NCBI RefSeq assembly: GCF_963921235.1
Contig: NC_086108.1
Coordinates: 25,606,001 to 25,670,000 of the forward strand
Direction: 5' to 3'
Length of the DNA: 64,000 bases
Source: Mobula hypostoma
Taxonomy: Eukaryota
Position 1 is the stretch's first letter. Each line of letters opens with the position of its first letter. A program made the translations under genes and the position numbers. Under the pieces are notes generated by a model, which did not search any database, was not told where the DNA came from, and was given only the letters and a program-made list of their open reading frames with translations. Positions 37,899 to 50,955 of the stretch are shown one piece after another.

Positions 37899-38114
37899 AG
37901 CTAGCTGGCTGGCTGTTTAGTGGCATCCGCATCGCACTTTGAGACGAGTGGTCCTGTGTTTCAATCAGGCTGACTCCTTCCACATTTTCCATCTATGCTG
38001 GGCTGAGCATTGAGTTAGCAACTTGGCCTCATTTAAAAAAAAACTACAGACACATACTAAGGAAACGGTAAGGTTGTTGCCCGATATGTCACAAAGCATG
38101 GAGAGGACCAATTT
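37899..38114 (+). mobile_element. tRNA-headed SINE with RTE-like body, full length
   Basis: A/B box-like TGGCTGTTTAGTGG..GTTTCAATC; GGGCTGAGCATTGAGTTAGCAACT; TSD ATTGAGTTT 37890-98 / 38115-23. Confidence 0.75.
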
Positions 38115-38169
38115 ATTGAGTTTGGGTGCAAAGCATGGAACCTAATGAGTTCAAAGTTTTAAGTACATT

Positions 38170-38618
38170 TATTGAGAGCAGCCTGCCTGTTATGGGAACT
38201 GTACTTCCCTCAAGTGCAGGGCTCTGCAGAGAGTGGTGTGGACAGTCCAACGCATCTGTAGACGTGATCTTCCCACTGTTCAGGACATTTCCAAAGACAG
38301 GTGTGTAAAAAGGTCCCGAAGGATCACTGGGGACCTGAGTCACCCCAACCACAAACTGTTCCATTTGCTACCATCCAGGAAATGGTACCGCAGAATAAAA
38401 GCCAAGACCAGCAGGCTCCGGGACAGCTTCTTCCACTATCAGACTGCTCAATTCATGCTGACGCAACTGTATTTCTATGTTATATTGACTATCCTGTTGT
38501 ACATAATATTTATTATAAATTACTATAATTGCACATTGCACATTTAGAATGAGATGTAACGTAAAGATTTTTACTCATGTATATGAAGGATGTAAGTAAT
38601 AAAGACAATTCAATTCAA
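38170..38618 (+). mobile_element. Rex1/Babar LINE 3' fragment
   Basis: DLPTVQDI..SHPNHKLFHLLPSRKWYRRIKAKTSRLRDSFF; AATAAA + (CAATT)n tail. Confidence 0.88.
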
Positions 38619-38954
38619 TCAATGTATGTATACTATATATAACCTTGAGATTCATCTCCTTACAGGCAGCCAATAAACATTGATAATTGATAATGGCATT
38701 CCTCAGGGTCACATGCAGTTCAGAACACGATCCCACAGATATACACTGTTCTTAATTTCAATAACGCTTGAAAATTCAGTCGTTGTATACCATGATCCTA
38801 AACCCATTTCAACAGGTCAGGTTCGAATCCTATTTGATACCTATGAAATGCTGTGTTCTTCCATTATGTCGGGCTCAGTTCTCCAGATATATTGGAAAAG
38901 CTGCTCATACAACATCTCACTTTGTGCATTTTTCAGTGCACAATATTCCATGAT

Positions 38955-39405
38955 ATCACAGGCACACTTCCCCACACCACTGGTAATATCTACAGGAGAT
39001 ACTCCTCAAAAACAAAGCATCTATCATCAAAGGTCCCACCATTCATGTTTTCACAACCACCTTCGGGCTGGAGCTCAGAAGCCTGAAGTCCCACATCTCC
39101 AGATTCAAGAACAGCCGCTTCCCTTCAACCATTAACTTCTTGGACCAACTGGAAAAACCTTAATCACTACAGCACAGCAACCCCTTGACCACTTTGATCA
39201 CTTGCACTAAACAGGACTGAGATTTTTTTTGTCGTAATTGTGTCCTTTTCAGCAAAAATTGTGTATAATTTGTGTTTAAATTAGACTCTTTTTGTGAATG
39301 CTACTTATTGTATATGATGCAATGTGCCAGAGAAGCTGATAGAAGTTTTTCATTGCACCTGTGCAGCATATACTTGTACATATGACAATAAACTGACCTT
39401 TGACT
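38955..39405 (+). mobile_element. Rex1/Babar LINE 3' fragment
   Basis: ITGTLPHTTGNIYRR, ..TSRFKNS-like segment, AATAAACTGACCTTTGACTT tail. Confidence 0.8.
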
Positions 39406-41251
39406 TCTGACAATTATTTCTCCAGTAAATGGAGGCATCATCGATGTTGCAAGACTTCGGTCAACACAGCATTCACTTAACATTATGAACATGTTATGTG
39501 GTGTTCCTGACTGCTCAAACATTAGACGCTGATTTTCTTGAGCTAATTACCCATTTTAATCAATGTTTTTATAACTATTTTAGCAAATATTAATTATCTC
39601 ATCCTCACACCAATGAAACAAGAGAGAGCAACTTGCATACATTAATCCACAGTTATCCCACTTGATTATGCTGAATAGTCACATTGTTAAGACAAAATAA
39701 TCCTAACAATGAAATTCCAGTTTCTGATTAAATTTAAAGAGCACAAATCTCAGTTGAAACCCATTGCACTTGCATCCGACTGGGAAATAGACAAAAGACT
39801 ATTTTCATGTAAACTCGCCACTTCCATTATATATATGCCAAGGTTGAAGTTATGAAGTATCAAAATATTTTTGGAACTATTACTATAAACAGCATTAAAT
39901 GAAATCATTATTATCTTTTCTCTGAATATCCTTCCACCAATAGCTATTTCCCAAAGGAACTAAACTAGATTGTATCAGTTCCTCAGGTGATAAGGCCTCA
40001 TGGTTCAGAAGATAAACTTCAGCTGCAAGGCCATACTGTGAGTGTCAGCAGATGACAGAGCCATCAGCCGAGCTAACTCACTGTCACACCACATCTCCAT
40101 GTGCACATTTTCTAAAGGAGATAGAGTGAAATCCTCCTTGATTCTTTCTGTCACTAGCTGAGCCCAAATGCATCAAATCAGTGTTACTTGGCTGAGATAA
40201 GCTTATTTGACAGACTCAAGGGACTTCTACATCTAGCTCATACCATTCACGTTGCAATTATATACTAACACTTTTAGTTCCAAGCAAAAGTGGAACCACC
40301 TACTCACAAAATTTAAAATTGGCACATTGGTCTGAAATTTAAAAACTTGGAAAACACTTCATGATATTTTCTTTTGATGAGCAGACCTTTTATACTTCAT
40401 AAAAACTGAAATTAGTTCAGAAATGAGATTGTCAGTCTATTATAATTTCTAGTACAATTGTCAAAGTAGTTTGCAACATAACGGGGATATCTTAACAATC
40501 CACTTCATAAAATTGAAGACTAGACTTTCAACAAGATTAGCTTAGGGAGAGTTGAGTGCTTGTTTGTATTGCTTTATTTTGTGCTGAACATTCTTCCACA
40601 GATGCATTCAAAGACAATTATATTTTATCTTAGTTCAAATTTGTTTTCATGCACACACTTCATTTAAAATTTACAATCAAGTTCTGTAACTCAGAATGAG
40701 TTGTTCATTAATCTTGGTTAACAGGCATCTTTAATTGTGTGTTCACCCAAGTCCTGAACTTCTTAAAATAAGTTTTGATGCCCTTCTGTGCCACTGGAGA
40801 CAGTTGTTCTTTGGAAGCATGGTTTTTGCAAAGGGTAAAGATCTCAACGATAAAGATTAGCTTTGTTTGTCTTTGTATATCAGAACAATGTGCAGTGAAA
40901 CGCATCATCTGCATCTAACACAGTTCAAATGTGTGCTGGGGTAGCCTCCTGTGTCAATATAGTATGCACACAATTTATAAATCCTAACTTGTACATCTTT
41001 GGAATTTGGGAGGGGTTCAGACTATCCAGAGGAGACCCGAAGAAAAGGAAAGCAAAAGCAAGACCTGTAGATTACTGCCTATGTTGCTCTCTCACTCAAT
41101 ATGACACTTTCCTCATCTATGAAAGGAAGCATTCTCAGGTTGGACTGCAGGTTGGTGTGTAGTGGGATTCCTGTGACCAAGACTTCTGAAAAAAACAGCT
41201 AGCATTCAGTTGTTCTTGTTTTTACAAGCCCTCACTGTAAATCTGGGCAGT

Positions 41252-41456
41252 TGTTGTTGTTCCTTACCATGCCTCGTGGCATATTGGGCAACAACCTTGC
41301 TGTCTCTTGAGCATTTTGACTGTTTTGCCCAAGGCCAAGTTGCTAGCTCAATGCTCAACCCTGCATGGAGCTGTATGCAAGGAGCTAGCCAGATTTGAAC
41401 CCAGGACCACTAACCTCAAAGTCTGGGGCAGATGCCACTACACCACTGGTCGACAG
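41252..41456 (-). mobile_element. tRNA-headed RTE-type SINE, full length (same family as 37899-38114)
   Basis: 12-bp TSD AATCTGGGCAGT at 41240-51 and 41457-68; (CAA)n tail; B-box GGTTCAAATC on the minus strand. Confidence 0.85.
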
Positions 41457-43500
41457 AATCTGGGCAGTGCTGAGGGATAAGTGTTGCACATCTGTCAACA
41501 TGCTCCATTGCTGAAATCATACCTGGCATTATATCAGAATCCCCATTCTCCTGATTGGGATCCCTTATCTTGGAATTGAAAGATAAAGTCTGATATATCT
41601 TTCAAACTACAGATTTTATCTTTCACTAATTTGGTTTTGAATTTTTAAAACTATTTTTATTTTAATACACTACTTCATTTGTATATCCTAGAAGTATGTT
41701 GATCAGTTCTAGTGTTCTCGACTCTGGGAGAAAATAGTAGCATGAAGTATTACAAAACAAAAAAAATCATCAAAGTGCGCCAATTTATATCCAGTCAGGT
41801 CACGTTCACATTTTCTGAGCCGATAAGAAAGTCTTTGGTGCTCAGCCAATGAAGATACAGTATGTAGAGAATGCTGTTAGAGCTGATTGAACTCGCACTC
41901 TCATTCCTGGGAATGTATTCTGAGTGCTACTATAAGTGAGATTCTAATAAAATTTTAATAACACTTCAGTCTTACTTGTTGCTGAATTCTACGTTTTAAT
42001 AATATAAGATAATTAGACAATGTTAAAACGTTTTCATGTCTCAGGGACATTTAAAAAAATCATGACTACGTTAACAAACTGAATCTTTACCTCAGCATCG
42101 CCTGTGTCAAAGGTGTGGTAGTTGGGAGCATTGTCTCTCAAAGGAGCTAATTCAGGATTAAAAGATGAAGAATTCCTGAAAAGACATTTGGACAGGTACA
42201 TGAATAGGAAAGGTGGATTTGGGCCGACTGTGGTCACTTGGGACCAGTTTAGAATAGTATTTTGGTTAGCATGAACAAATTGGGCCAAAGACCCTGTTTC
42301 TATATGATATGACTCCGTGACACTATTTCAAACAAAAAGTTCCAGAACACATTTCAGCTGGTAACAACATATTGAGGGAGCTTAGTGAGGTAATGGCATA
42401 ACATTTCCTAGAATAGACAGATACATTTTTCCCTTGAAGATGGATGTGTTCAGAACAGATATGAAGGGAAAGAGCACACTTCCTGATGAGTGAGAATGGT
42501 TAACAAGATCTCGCAGCTCACAAATGAGTGAGGTTGCTTGCTTTCCATTCTTTTTGTATTTGGATGTAACGAGCAAAGCCAACTTTTGTTATCTGTCCAT
42601 AAGCTAACGGCAGTATTGTGGAGATGACTTTTAAATTGCTGCATCTCTTTTGGTGGAGATTTTCCTATAACATCGTTGCTGAGGAGTTCCAGGACATAGT
42701 CACTGTGATGATGAAGGACCAGCTATGTATTTCATAGTCAGGATGGTGTGGGACTTGAACATGATGGTGATTCCATTAGGCATTGCTTTGCTTTATTTCA
42801 TTGACCTTATTCCACAGGTACGGCATGGTAACGGGCCCTTATAGCCCAACAAGCTGATGCTGCCTAATTACATCCATGTGACCAATGCCTTTGGAGTGTG
42901 GGAAGAAACCATGGCACCTGGAGGAAACTCACTCAGTCATGGGCTGAATAGACAGTGGTGGGAATTAGTCCCAGATTGCTGGTTCTGTAACGGCTTTGTG
43001 CTAACCACTACGCTGCTGAGCTGCCTCTGTTCTGATGGAAATAGGGTGGAAGGAACAAGAGGCAAATCATGTTGGCAGGTGATCAGAGTGAAATGAGACC
43101 TGGCAACATGAAGAATAAAATGAGACATGATTTTGACAGAGGAATGGGTAGAAAAAGAAGAATTTGGATGATGTGCAAGCAAGTAGGATTTATTTAATTT
43201 GGAATCTCACAGTATTTAAAAGATACAGTACTTAGATGAACATTTCAATCACCAAGGCAGAGAAGGCTATGTACTGAGCCCTGGAAAATAGGATGGGTAT
43301 GGATAGGTACTTCCTGATCAATACAGATCTAAGTTCTATATTTGGAGCCATGAGAACCTTGAGAACTTTGCCCCAGTGAGTCTAGAAGAAAGGAGAGTTT
43401 GGAGATGTTCCTGATCAGAGATATACATAGATGACTTGCATGAATCAGAGCTGAGAGTGAAGGAAATAGGTGGGAAGAGTAGAAAAGAAAGTAAGTGTAA

Positions 43501-43670
43501 AATAGTCAACGTTTTGGGCTGATACCCTTTCTCAGAACCTGAGGAAGGGTCTCGGCCCAAAACATCAACTGTTTGTTCATTTCCCTGGATGCTACCTGAC
43601 CTGCTGAGTTCCTCCAGCGTTTTGTCTGTGTTGCTTTGGATTTTCAGCATCTGCAGAATTTCTTGTGTTT
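43501..43670 (+). mobile_element. Penelope pLTR end with inverted 5' arm (hairpin 43501-43573) holding two opposed hammerhead motifs
   Basis: AGTCAACGTTTTGGGCTGATACCCTTTCTCAG-AAC-CTGAGGAAGGGTCTCGGCCCAAAACATCAACT. Confidence 0.85.
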
Positions 43671-44299
43671 ATAATTGTGAAATAGTCCAACAATCATTAT
43701 TGCTCATCTTCTGCATTAAAAGAACTCCAGAGGCTGCAATTAATAGCCAAAAGAGCAGTCCTCATCATTAAGGATTGAAAAGATCTGCCTATTCCTCACT
43801 AGCACAAATGTTGCCATTAATAACATTTGAGTTTTATTGTGCTATTGTAAATGAAAAAAACACTTTTGAATCATCAGCTTTTTCTCAAATATTTCCATGT
43901 TTCACAGATAAGACTGCAGTAGAGATGAAAAGAATATATCAGTACTGCTATCTTCTACCATTCACCCAGCCGACAATTGTCCCAGTTTAAGCTTCTCCGC
44001 ATTTGCCTTCCATCCTTACTGTTGTCAATCTTCTACACAGATTTGAAGAAAGCCATTAACTTCCACAGGCTCAGGTAAGACTAACAAGCTGAATAAAAGC
44101 TTCACAGTTCAGCAAGTCTGACCTTCTCACTGGTTTAAATATACATTCTGTTGCAGATCAATAAGCATAAAATTCAATAGCAGTGCACTGAAGAAGCAAA
44201 AACAATGATCGTCATTGCTGTGGACATCGTAAAGAAATATACAAAGGTTTTTTTTAATAGGCTTTGATAACATTAAATCAGGGAATCTTCAGGAAACTC

Positions 44300-44545
44300 T
44301 GACCCAGTGAATCTGCATTAACAATCAAATACATAATTACACTAATCCTACATTAGTTGTCCCAATATTCCCATCAAATCCCCATAGATTCTGCCACTTA
44401 ATACACACTGGAACAATTAACCTATTAACCCGTGTGTTTTTGGGATAGGGAATGATAGCAGAATATCCAGGGGAAAATCTTGCAATCACAACTCCCAGCA
44501 AATTAAACCCAGTTCCCAGGAGCTATGAAGCACAGTGCTACCCTC
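44300..44545 (-). mobile_element. V-SINE, decayed
   Basis: TTACACTAATCCTACATTA..AGATTCTGCCAC..CAATTAACCTATTAACCCG..TTAAACCCAG. Confidence 0.7.
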
Positions 44546-45904
44546 AGTGACAGGGCCAATAGTACATTTATGTGTCTGGATGGTGTGAGACCTGTAGGGC
44601 TGTTTTCCCTCCATGTTTAATTATATGCAGATAAATAAAGAGGGGAATTTAAATTGCTTGTGTGGGAAGTAAAAAAATCATACCAGAAATGTAAATGATT
44701 TGTATATCCTCACAATAGTCCACATTGTCTGACTGTTATTGTAGCATTTCAAAATTCAAAGTTTAAAGTTCAAATGTTATCAAAGTATATTTAAAGTGAA
44801 TATATTATACAACCTTGAGATTCGTCTCCTAATAGGCAGCCACAAACAAAGAAACACAAAAGAACCCATTAAAAAAGACTGTTGAATACCCAATGTGCAG
44901 AGAGAAAAAAACAAATCATGCAAACAGTAACCGTAAGCAAATAGCCTTCTGAACTGAAGTCCACAAAGAAACAATTTTACATTTTCTTGTGTTTATGTGT
45001 TCATCATTCCTTTAATGTCTCTGCATTGTTATCAGATACAACATCTCTGAAGTATCTGTGCTGAATGTGGATAATTTTGATGTATGAGGAGAATGGAATT
45101 TTAAACTGTTTGCTGAAAATGTTAACTAATGATGGCGTGAGCTTTGAAATATGCCAGTGCTTGCGGGAAGATTTACTAGACATGGATTTCCCATCAAAAA
45201 GAAACATACACAAGATTTTTAGTGCTGTTATTAACTGTTTTGCTCAATGTGCTGGTTTATCCAGCCCCTCATTAAAAATGAGAATTGCATAATCCTAGTG
45301 AATGTTCACTGGATCTGTTGGAGTGATCATATGATCAGTAACACTTTGCCTGCCAGAAAACTGAACCTACAGTATGTGAACAGTATGGCTCCTCCATAAT
45401 GTTTAGCTACAGTCAATAACTGTGAGGAACAAGGCTCCCCTCTGGCAAGAGAGGGAGGATATTTGTGTAGCAGTGAGTGCACTGGTTTAACATGACCACA
45501 GTCATTGTCTGAGAGAGCAACTAATTTGGGAGAATAGTACTGTCAAAAGTCAAAGTTGAATATATTGTCATATGAACATGTATATTTATAGATAGGTGCA
45601 ATGATTTGTTTTCCATTTTTTTTTTGCGGGAGGAGGGATTTGGGGATCAATGTACCTGCTCCATTTTTTTGGGGGAGGTGGGGTTTGGGAGTTGATGATC
45701 GTGCTGCCTTTCTTTTCTTTCTTGGTTTCATGGCTACCAGGAGAATTGAAGAATTTCAAAGTTGATAACAAATGAAGCTTTGAACCTTTGAATGAAAATC
45801 TTACTTGCAGCGACATTATAGGCACAGACTTGAGAGCCAACTTTCACAAGAGAAACATAAATTAACAATAAATGATACCTGAAAGAACACAATTATAAGA
45901 AATT

Positions 45905-46745
45905 AGGGGCCGGATAGTAGTGCAGGAGTTCGCATGACTCCATTATAGTGCCAGTGACCAGGTTCAATGAAGTCACTGACTGTAAAGAATTTGTACATTC
46001 TCCACATGACCATGTGGGTGCTCTGGGTTCCCTCCCGCATTCTAAAGACTATAAGATCACAAGATATAAGAGCAGAATTGGTCCATTGAGTCTTCTCCAC
46101 CATTTCATCATGGTTTATCGATTTCCCTCGCAGTCCCAATCTCCTGCCTTCACCCCCTACCCCTTCATGCCCTGACTCATCAAAACTCTATCAACCGCTG
46201 CCTTAAATATACCCAATAACAGCCTCCACAGCCACCTGTGGAAACAAATTCCACAGATTCACCACTCTCTGGCTAAAGAAATGACCCATTTCTATTTTTA
46301 ACGGACGTCCCTCTATTCTGAGGCTGTGTCGTCTAGTGTTAGACTCCCTTACCATAGGAAACATCCCTTCCATATCCACAAGGCCTTTCAATATTTGATA
46401 CACTTCAATGAGCTCTGCTTGCATTCTTCTGAATTCCAGTGCGTACAGGCCCAGAGCCATCAAACACCTCTCATATGATAGGCCTTTCAATCCCTGAATC
46501 ATTTTCATGAACCTCCTTTGAACCCTCTCCAATGTCAGCATACCCTTTCTTAGGTAAGGGGCCCAAAACCACTCACAGTACTTCAAGTGAGTCCTCACAA
46601 CTGCCTTATAAAGCCTCAACATTACATCCTTGCTCTTATATTCTACATTTACGGGTTGGTAGTTTAATTGGTCACAGGGGTGTCATTGGGCAGAGCGGTC
46701 TCATTGAGCTGGAAGGTCCTGCTACGGATAACTAAATAAATAATA
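45905..46745 (+). mobile_element. V-SINE split by a minus-strand CR1 3' fragment (46051-46648), apparently within a minus-strand Rex1 remnant (about 45795-46995)
   Basis: ..CCCTCCCGCATTCTAAAGAC | TACGGGTTGGTAGTTTAATTGG..; CR1 ORF 46203-46622. Confidence 0.8.
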
Positions 46746-49700
46746 TATAAATAAATATACGTCTCTTGTAGTGCTAAGTGGTTATAGTTTTTCTGTGATG
46801 AAATTGTGATTAGGGTTGAGGGTTGGTTCATGAATTGAATGGGTGAAGGGAAGTAGCTGTTTTTGACCATGGTTGTGTGGGAATTTCAGCTTTTCTACCT
46901 CTCATCGAATGGCAGCTGTGAGAAGATTGCATAGGCCACATGGTGGGGACCTTTGATGATGGGTGCTGCCATATGAGGCAGCACCTCATGTAAATACTTC
47001 TACATTCGATAAAATTTATTCTCAGAAGGTATTTTTCCATCAACTTTGACTGGGATCTATAAAATCTTGGTGGCAATTGTATGAGAGGGTAATAGCCTCC
47101 AGTCACTATTGGCACCTCACTTCTGTGCTTAGAGAATTCCTAAGGTTTGCAGCATTTCAGATGCCTGGCTGTTCTGACACAACCCCCCGAACCAGTACTG
47201 GGAAACAAGGCGCCTGCCACCATGCCTATCTGCCTTTGGTATTGCCAGTGCTCTCTGCTCTTCTGTGACTTTCGGCAGTGACCAGATTGGTAGCCACTTC
47301 TCTTCAGAGAGATGCGGACAGAACACCAATGATCATCAGCCAGTTTCAACAGTATTGGAGGAGCTGAACCCTGAGTTTAAGAACATAAGGTACAGGAGCA
47401 GCAGTGGGTCTATCGGCCAAGTGTAGTTAGAGACACAGTGAGCCTGGTTCTGAACACCTCAGCAAGGGGAAACATTATACCTATATTCACCCTTTCAATC
47501 TCGATAAGAAACATAGAAGCATAGAAAATAGATGCAGGAGTAGGCCATTTGGCCCTTCCAGCCTGCACCGCCATTCAATATGATCACGGCTGATCATCCA
47601 ACTCAGAACCCTGTACCTGCATTCTCTCCATACCTCCCGATCCCTTTAGCCACAAGGGCCATATCTAACTCCCTCTTAAATATAGCCAATGAACTGGCCT
47701 CAACTGTTTCCTGCGGCAGAGAATTCCACAGATTCACCACTCTCTGTGTGAAGAAGTTTTTCCTCATCTCGGTTCTAAAAGGCTTCCCCTTTATCCTTAA
47801 ACTGTGACCCCTCATTCTGGACTTCCCCAACACCAGGTAAAATCTTCCTGCATCTAGCCTGTCCAATCCCTTTAGGACTTTATACGTTTCAATAAGATCT
47901 CCCCTCAATCTTCTAAATTCCAGTGAGTATAAGCCTAGTCGATCCAGTCTTTCATCATATGAAAGTCCTGTCATCCCAGGAATTAATCTGGTGAACCTTC
48001 TTTGTACTCCCTCTATGGCAAGAATGTCTTTCCTCAGATCAGGAAACCAAAACAACACACAATACTCCAGGTGTGGTCTCACCAAGGCCTTGTACAACTG
48101 CAGTGTTACCTCCCTGCTCCTGTACTCGAATCCTCTTGCTATGAATGCCAGTATACCATTCGCCTTTTCACCACCTGCTGTACCTGCTTGCCCACTTTCA
48201 ATGACTGATGTATAATGACACCCAGGTCTCATTGCACCTCCCCTTTTCCGAATCGGCCACCATTCAAATAATAATCTGTTTTCCTGTTTTTGCCACCAAT
48301 GTGGATAACCTCACATTTATCCACATTAAATTGCATCTGCCATGAATTTGCCCACTCACCTAACCTACCCAAGTCACCCTGCATCCTCTTAGCATCCTCC
48401 TCACAGCTAACACTGCCGCCCAGCTTCGTGTCATCCGCAAACGTGGAGATGCTGCATTTAATTCCCTCATCCAAGTCATTAATATATATTGTAAACAACT
48501 GGGGTCCCAGTACTGAGCCTTGCGGTACCCCACTAGTCATTGCCTGCCATTCTGAAAAGATCCCGTTTACTCCCACTCTTTGCTTCCTGTCAACCAACCA
48601 ATTCTCTATCCACATCAGTACCATACCCCAATACCGTGTGCTTTAAGTTTGCACACTAATCTCCTGTGTGGGACCTTCTCAAAAGCATTTTGAAAATCCA
48701 AATATACCACATCCACTGGTTCTCCCCTATCCACTCTACTAGTTACATCCTCAAAAAATTCTATGAGATTCGTCAGACATGATTTTCCTTTCACAAATCC
48801 ATGCTGACTTTGTCCGATGATTTCACCGCTTTCCAAATGTGCTGTTATCACTTCTTTGATAACTGACTCTAGCATTTTCCCCACCACCGATGTTAGGCTA
48901 ACCGGTCTATAATTCCCTGGTTTCTCTCTCCCTCCTTTTTTAAAAAGCGGGGTTACATTAGCCACCCTCCAATCCTCAGGAACAAGTCCAGGATCTAAAG
49001 AGTTTTGAAAAATTATCACTAATGCATCCACTATTTCTTGGGCTACTTCCTTAAGCACTCTGGGATGCAGACCATCTGGCCCTAGGGATTTATTTGCCTT
49101 TAATCCCTTCAATTTACCTATCACCACTTTTCTACTAATATGTATTTCCCTCAGTTCCTCCATCTCACTAGACCCTCGGTCCCCTACTATTTCCGGAAGA
49201 TTAATTATGTCCTCCTTAGTGAAGACAGAACCAAAGTAGTTATTCAATTGGTCTGCCATTTCCTTGTTCCCCATGATCAATTCACCTGTTTCTGACTGTA
49301 AGGGACCTACATTTGTCTTAACCAATCTTTTTATTTTCACATATCTATAAAAGCTTTTACAGTCAGTTTTTCTGTTCCCTGCCAGTTTTCTCTCATAATC
49401 TTTTTTCCCTTTCCTAATTAAGCCCTTTGTCCTCCTCTGGTGGACTCTGAATTTCTCCCACTCCTCAGGTGAGCCACTTTTTCTGGCTAATTTGTATGCT
49501 TCTTCTTTGGAATTGATACTATCCTTAATTTCCCTTGTCAGCCACGGGTGCACTACCTTCCCTGGTTTATTCTTTTGCCAAAATAGGATGAAAAATTGTT
49601 GTAGTTCATCCATGTGATCCTTAAATGCTTGCCATTGCATATCCACCGTCAACCCTTTAAGTATTATTTGCCAGTCTATCTCAGCTAATTCACGTCTCAT

Positions 49701-50955
49701 ACCTTCAAAGTTACCCTTCAAGTTCAGAACCTTTGTTTCTGAATTAACTATGTCACTCTCCATCTTAATGTAGAATTCCACCATATTATGGTCACTCTTG
49801 CCCAAGGGGCCTCTCACGACAAGATTGCTAATTAACCCTTCCTTATTGCTCAATACCCAGTCTAGAATAGCCTGCTCTCTAGTTGGTTCTTCGACATGTT
49901 GGTTCAAAAAACTATCCCACATACATTCCAAGAAATCCTCTTCCTCAGCACCCTTACCAATTTGGTTCACCTAATCTATATGTAGATTGAAGTCACCCAT
50001 TATAACTGCTGTTCCTTTATTGCACGCATTTCTAATTTCCTGTTTAATGCCATCCCCTACCTCACTACTATTGTTAGGTGGCCTGTACACAACTCCCACC
50101 AGCATTTTCTGCCCCTTAGTGTTATGCAACTCTACCCATATCGGTTCCACATCCTCCCGGCTAATGTCCTTCCTTTCTATTGCGTTAATCTCCTCTCTAA
50201 CCAGCAATGCTACCCCGCCTCCTTTTCTTTCATGTATATCCCTCCCGAATATTGAATATCCCTGAATGTTGAGCTCCCATTCTTGGTCACCCTGGAGCCA
50301 TGTCTCTGTGATCCCAACTATATCATATTCATTAATAACAATCTACACTTTTAATTCATCCACCTTGTTACGAATGCTCCTTGCATTGACACACAAAGCC
50401 CTCAGGCTCGCTTTTACAACACTCTTAGCCCATATACAATTATGTTGAAAAGCGGTCCTTCTTGGTTTTTGCCCTGGATTTGCCGGCCTGCCACTTTTAC
50501 TTTTCACCTTATTACTTTTTGCTTCTACCCTCATTTTACACCCCTCTGTCTCTCTGCACTTGTTCCCAACCCCCTGCCACATTAGTTTAAATTCTCCTGA
50601 ACAACAGTAGCAAATTCTCCCCCTAGGACATTGGTTCCAGTCCAGCCCAGGTGCAGACCATCCCGTTTGTACCTGTCCCATCTCCTCCAGAACTGGTTCC
50701 AATGCCCCAGAAATTTGAATCCCTCCCCCTTGCACCATTTTTCAAGCCATGTATTCATCTGATATATCCTCCTATTTCTACTCTGACTAGCACGAGTATT
50801 GGCACTGGTAGTAATCCAGAGATTATTACCTTTGTGGTCCTACTTTTTATTTTATCTCCTAACTCTCTAAATTCAGCTTGTAGGACCTCATCCCATTCTT
50901 TTCATTTATCGTTGGTACCTATCTGCACCACGACCACTGGCTGTTCACCCTCCCA

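Noticed and set aside
41395..41456. tRNA gene suggested by A/B boxes
   Set aside because: Head of a TSD-flanked SINE; no complete cloverleaf
45065..45292. 75-aa ATG ORF in unique sequence
   Set aside because: No recognisable domain or splice signals; length expected by chance
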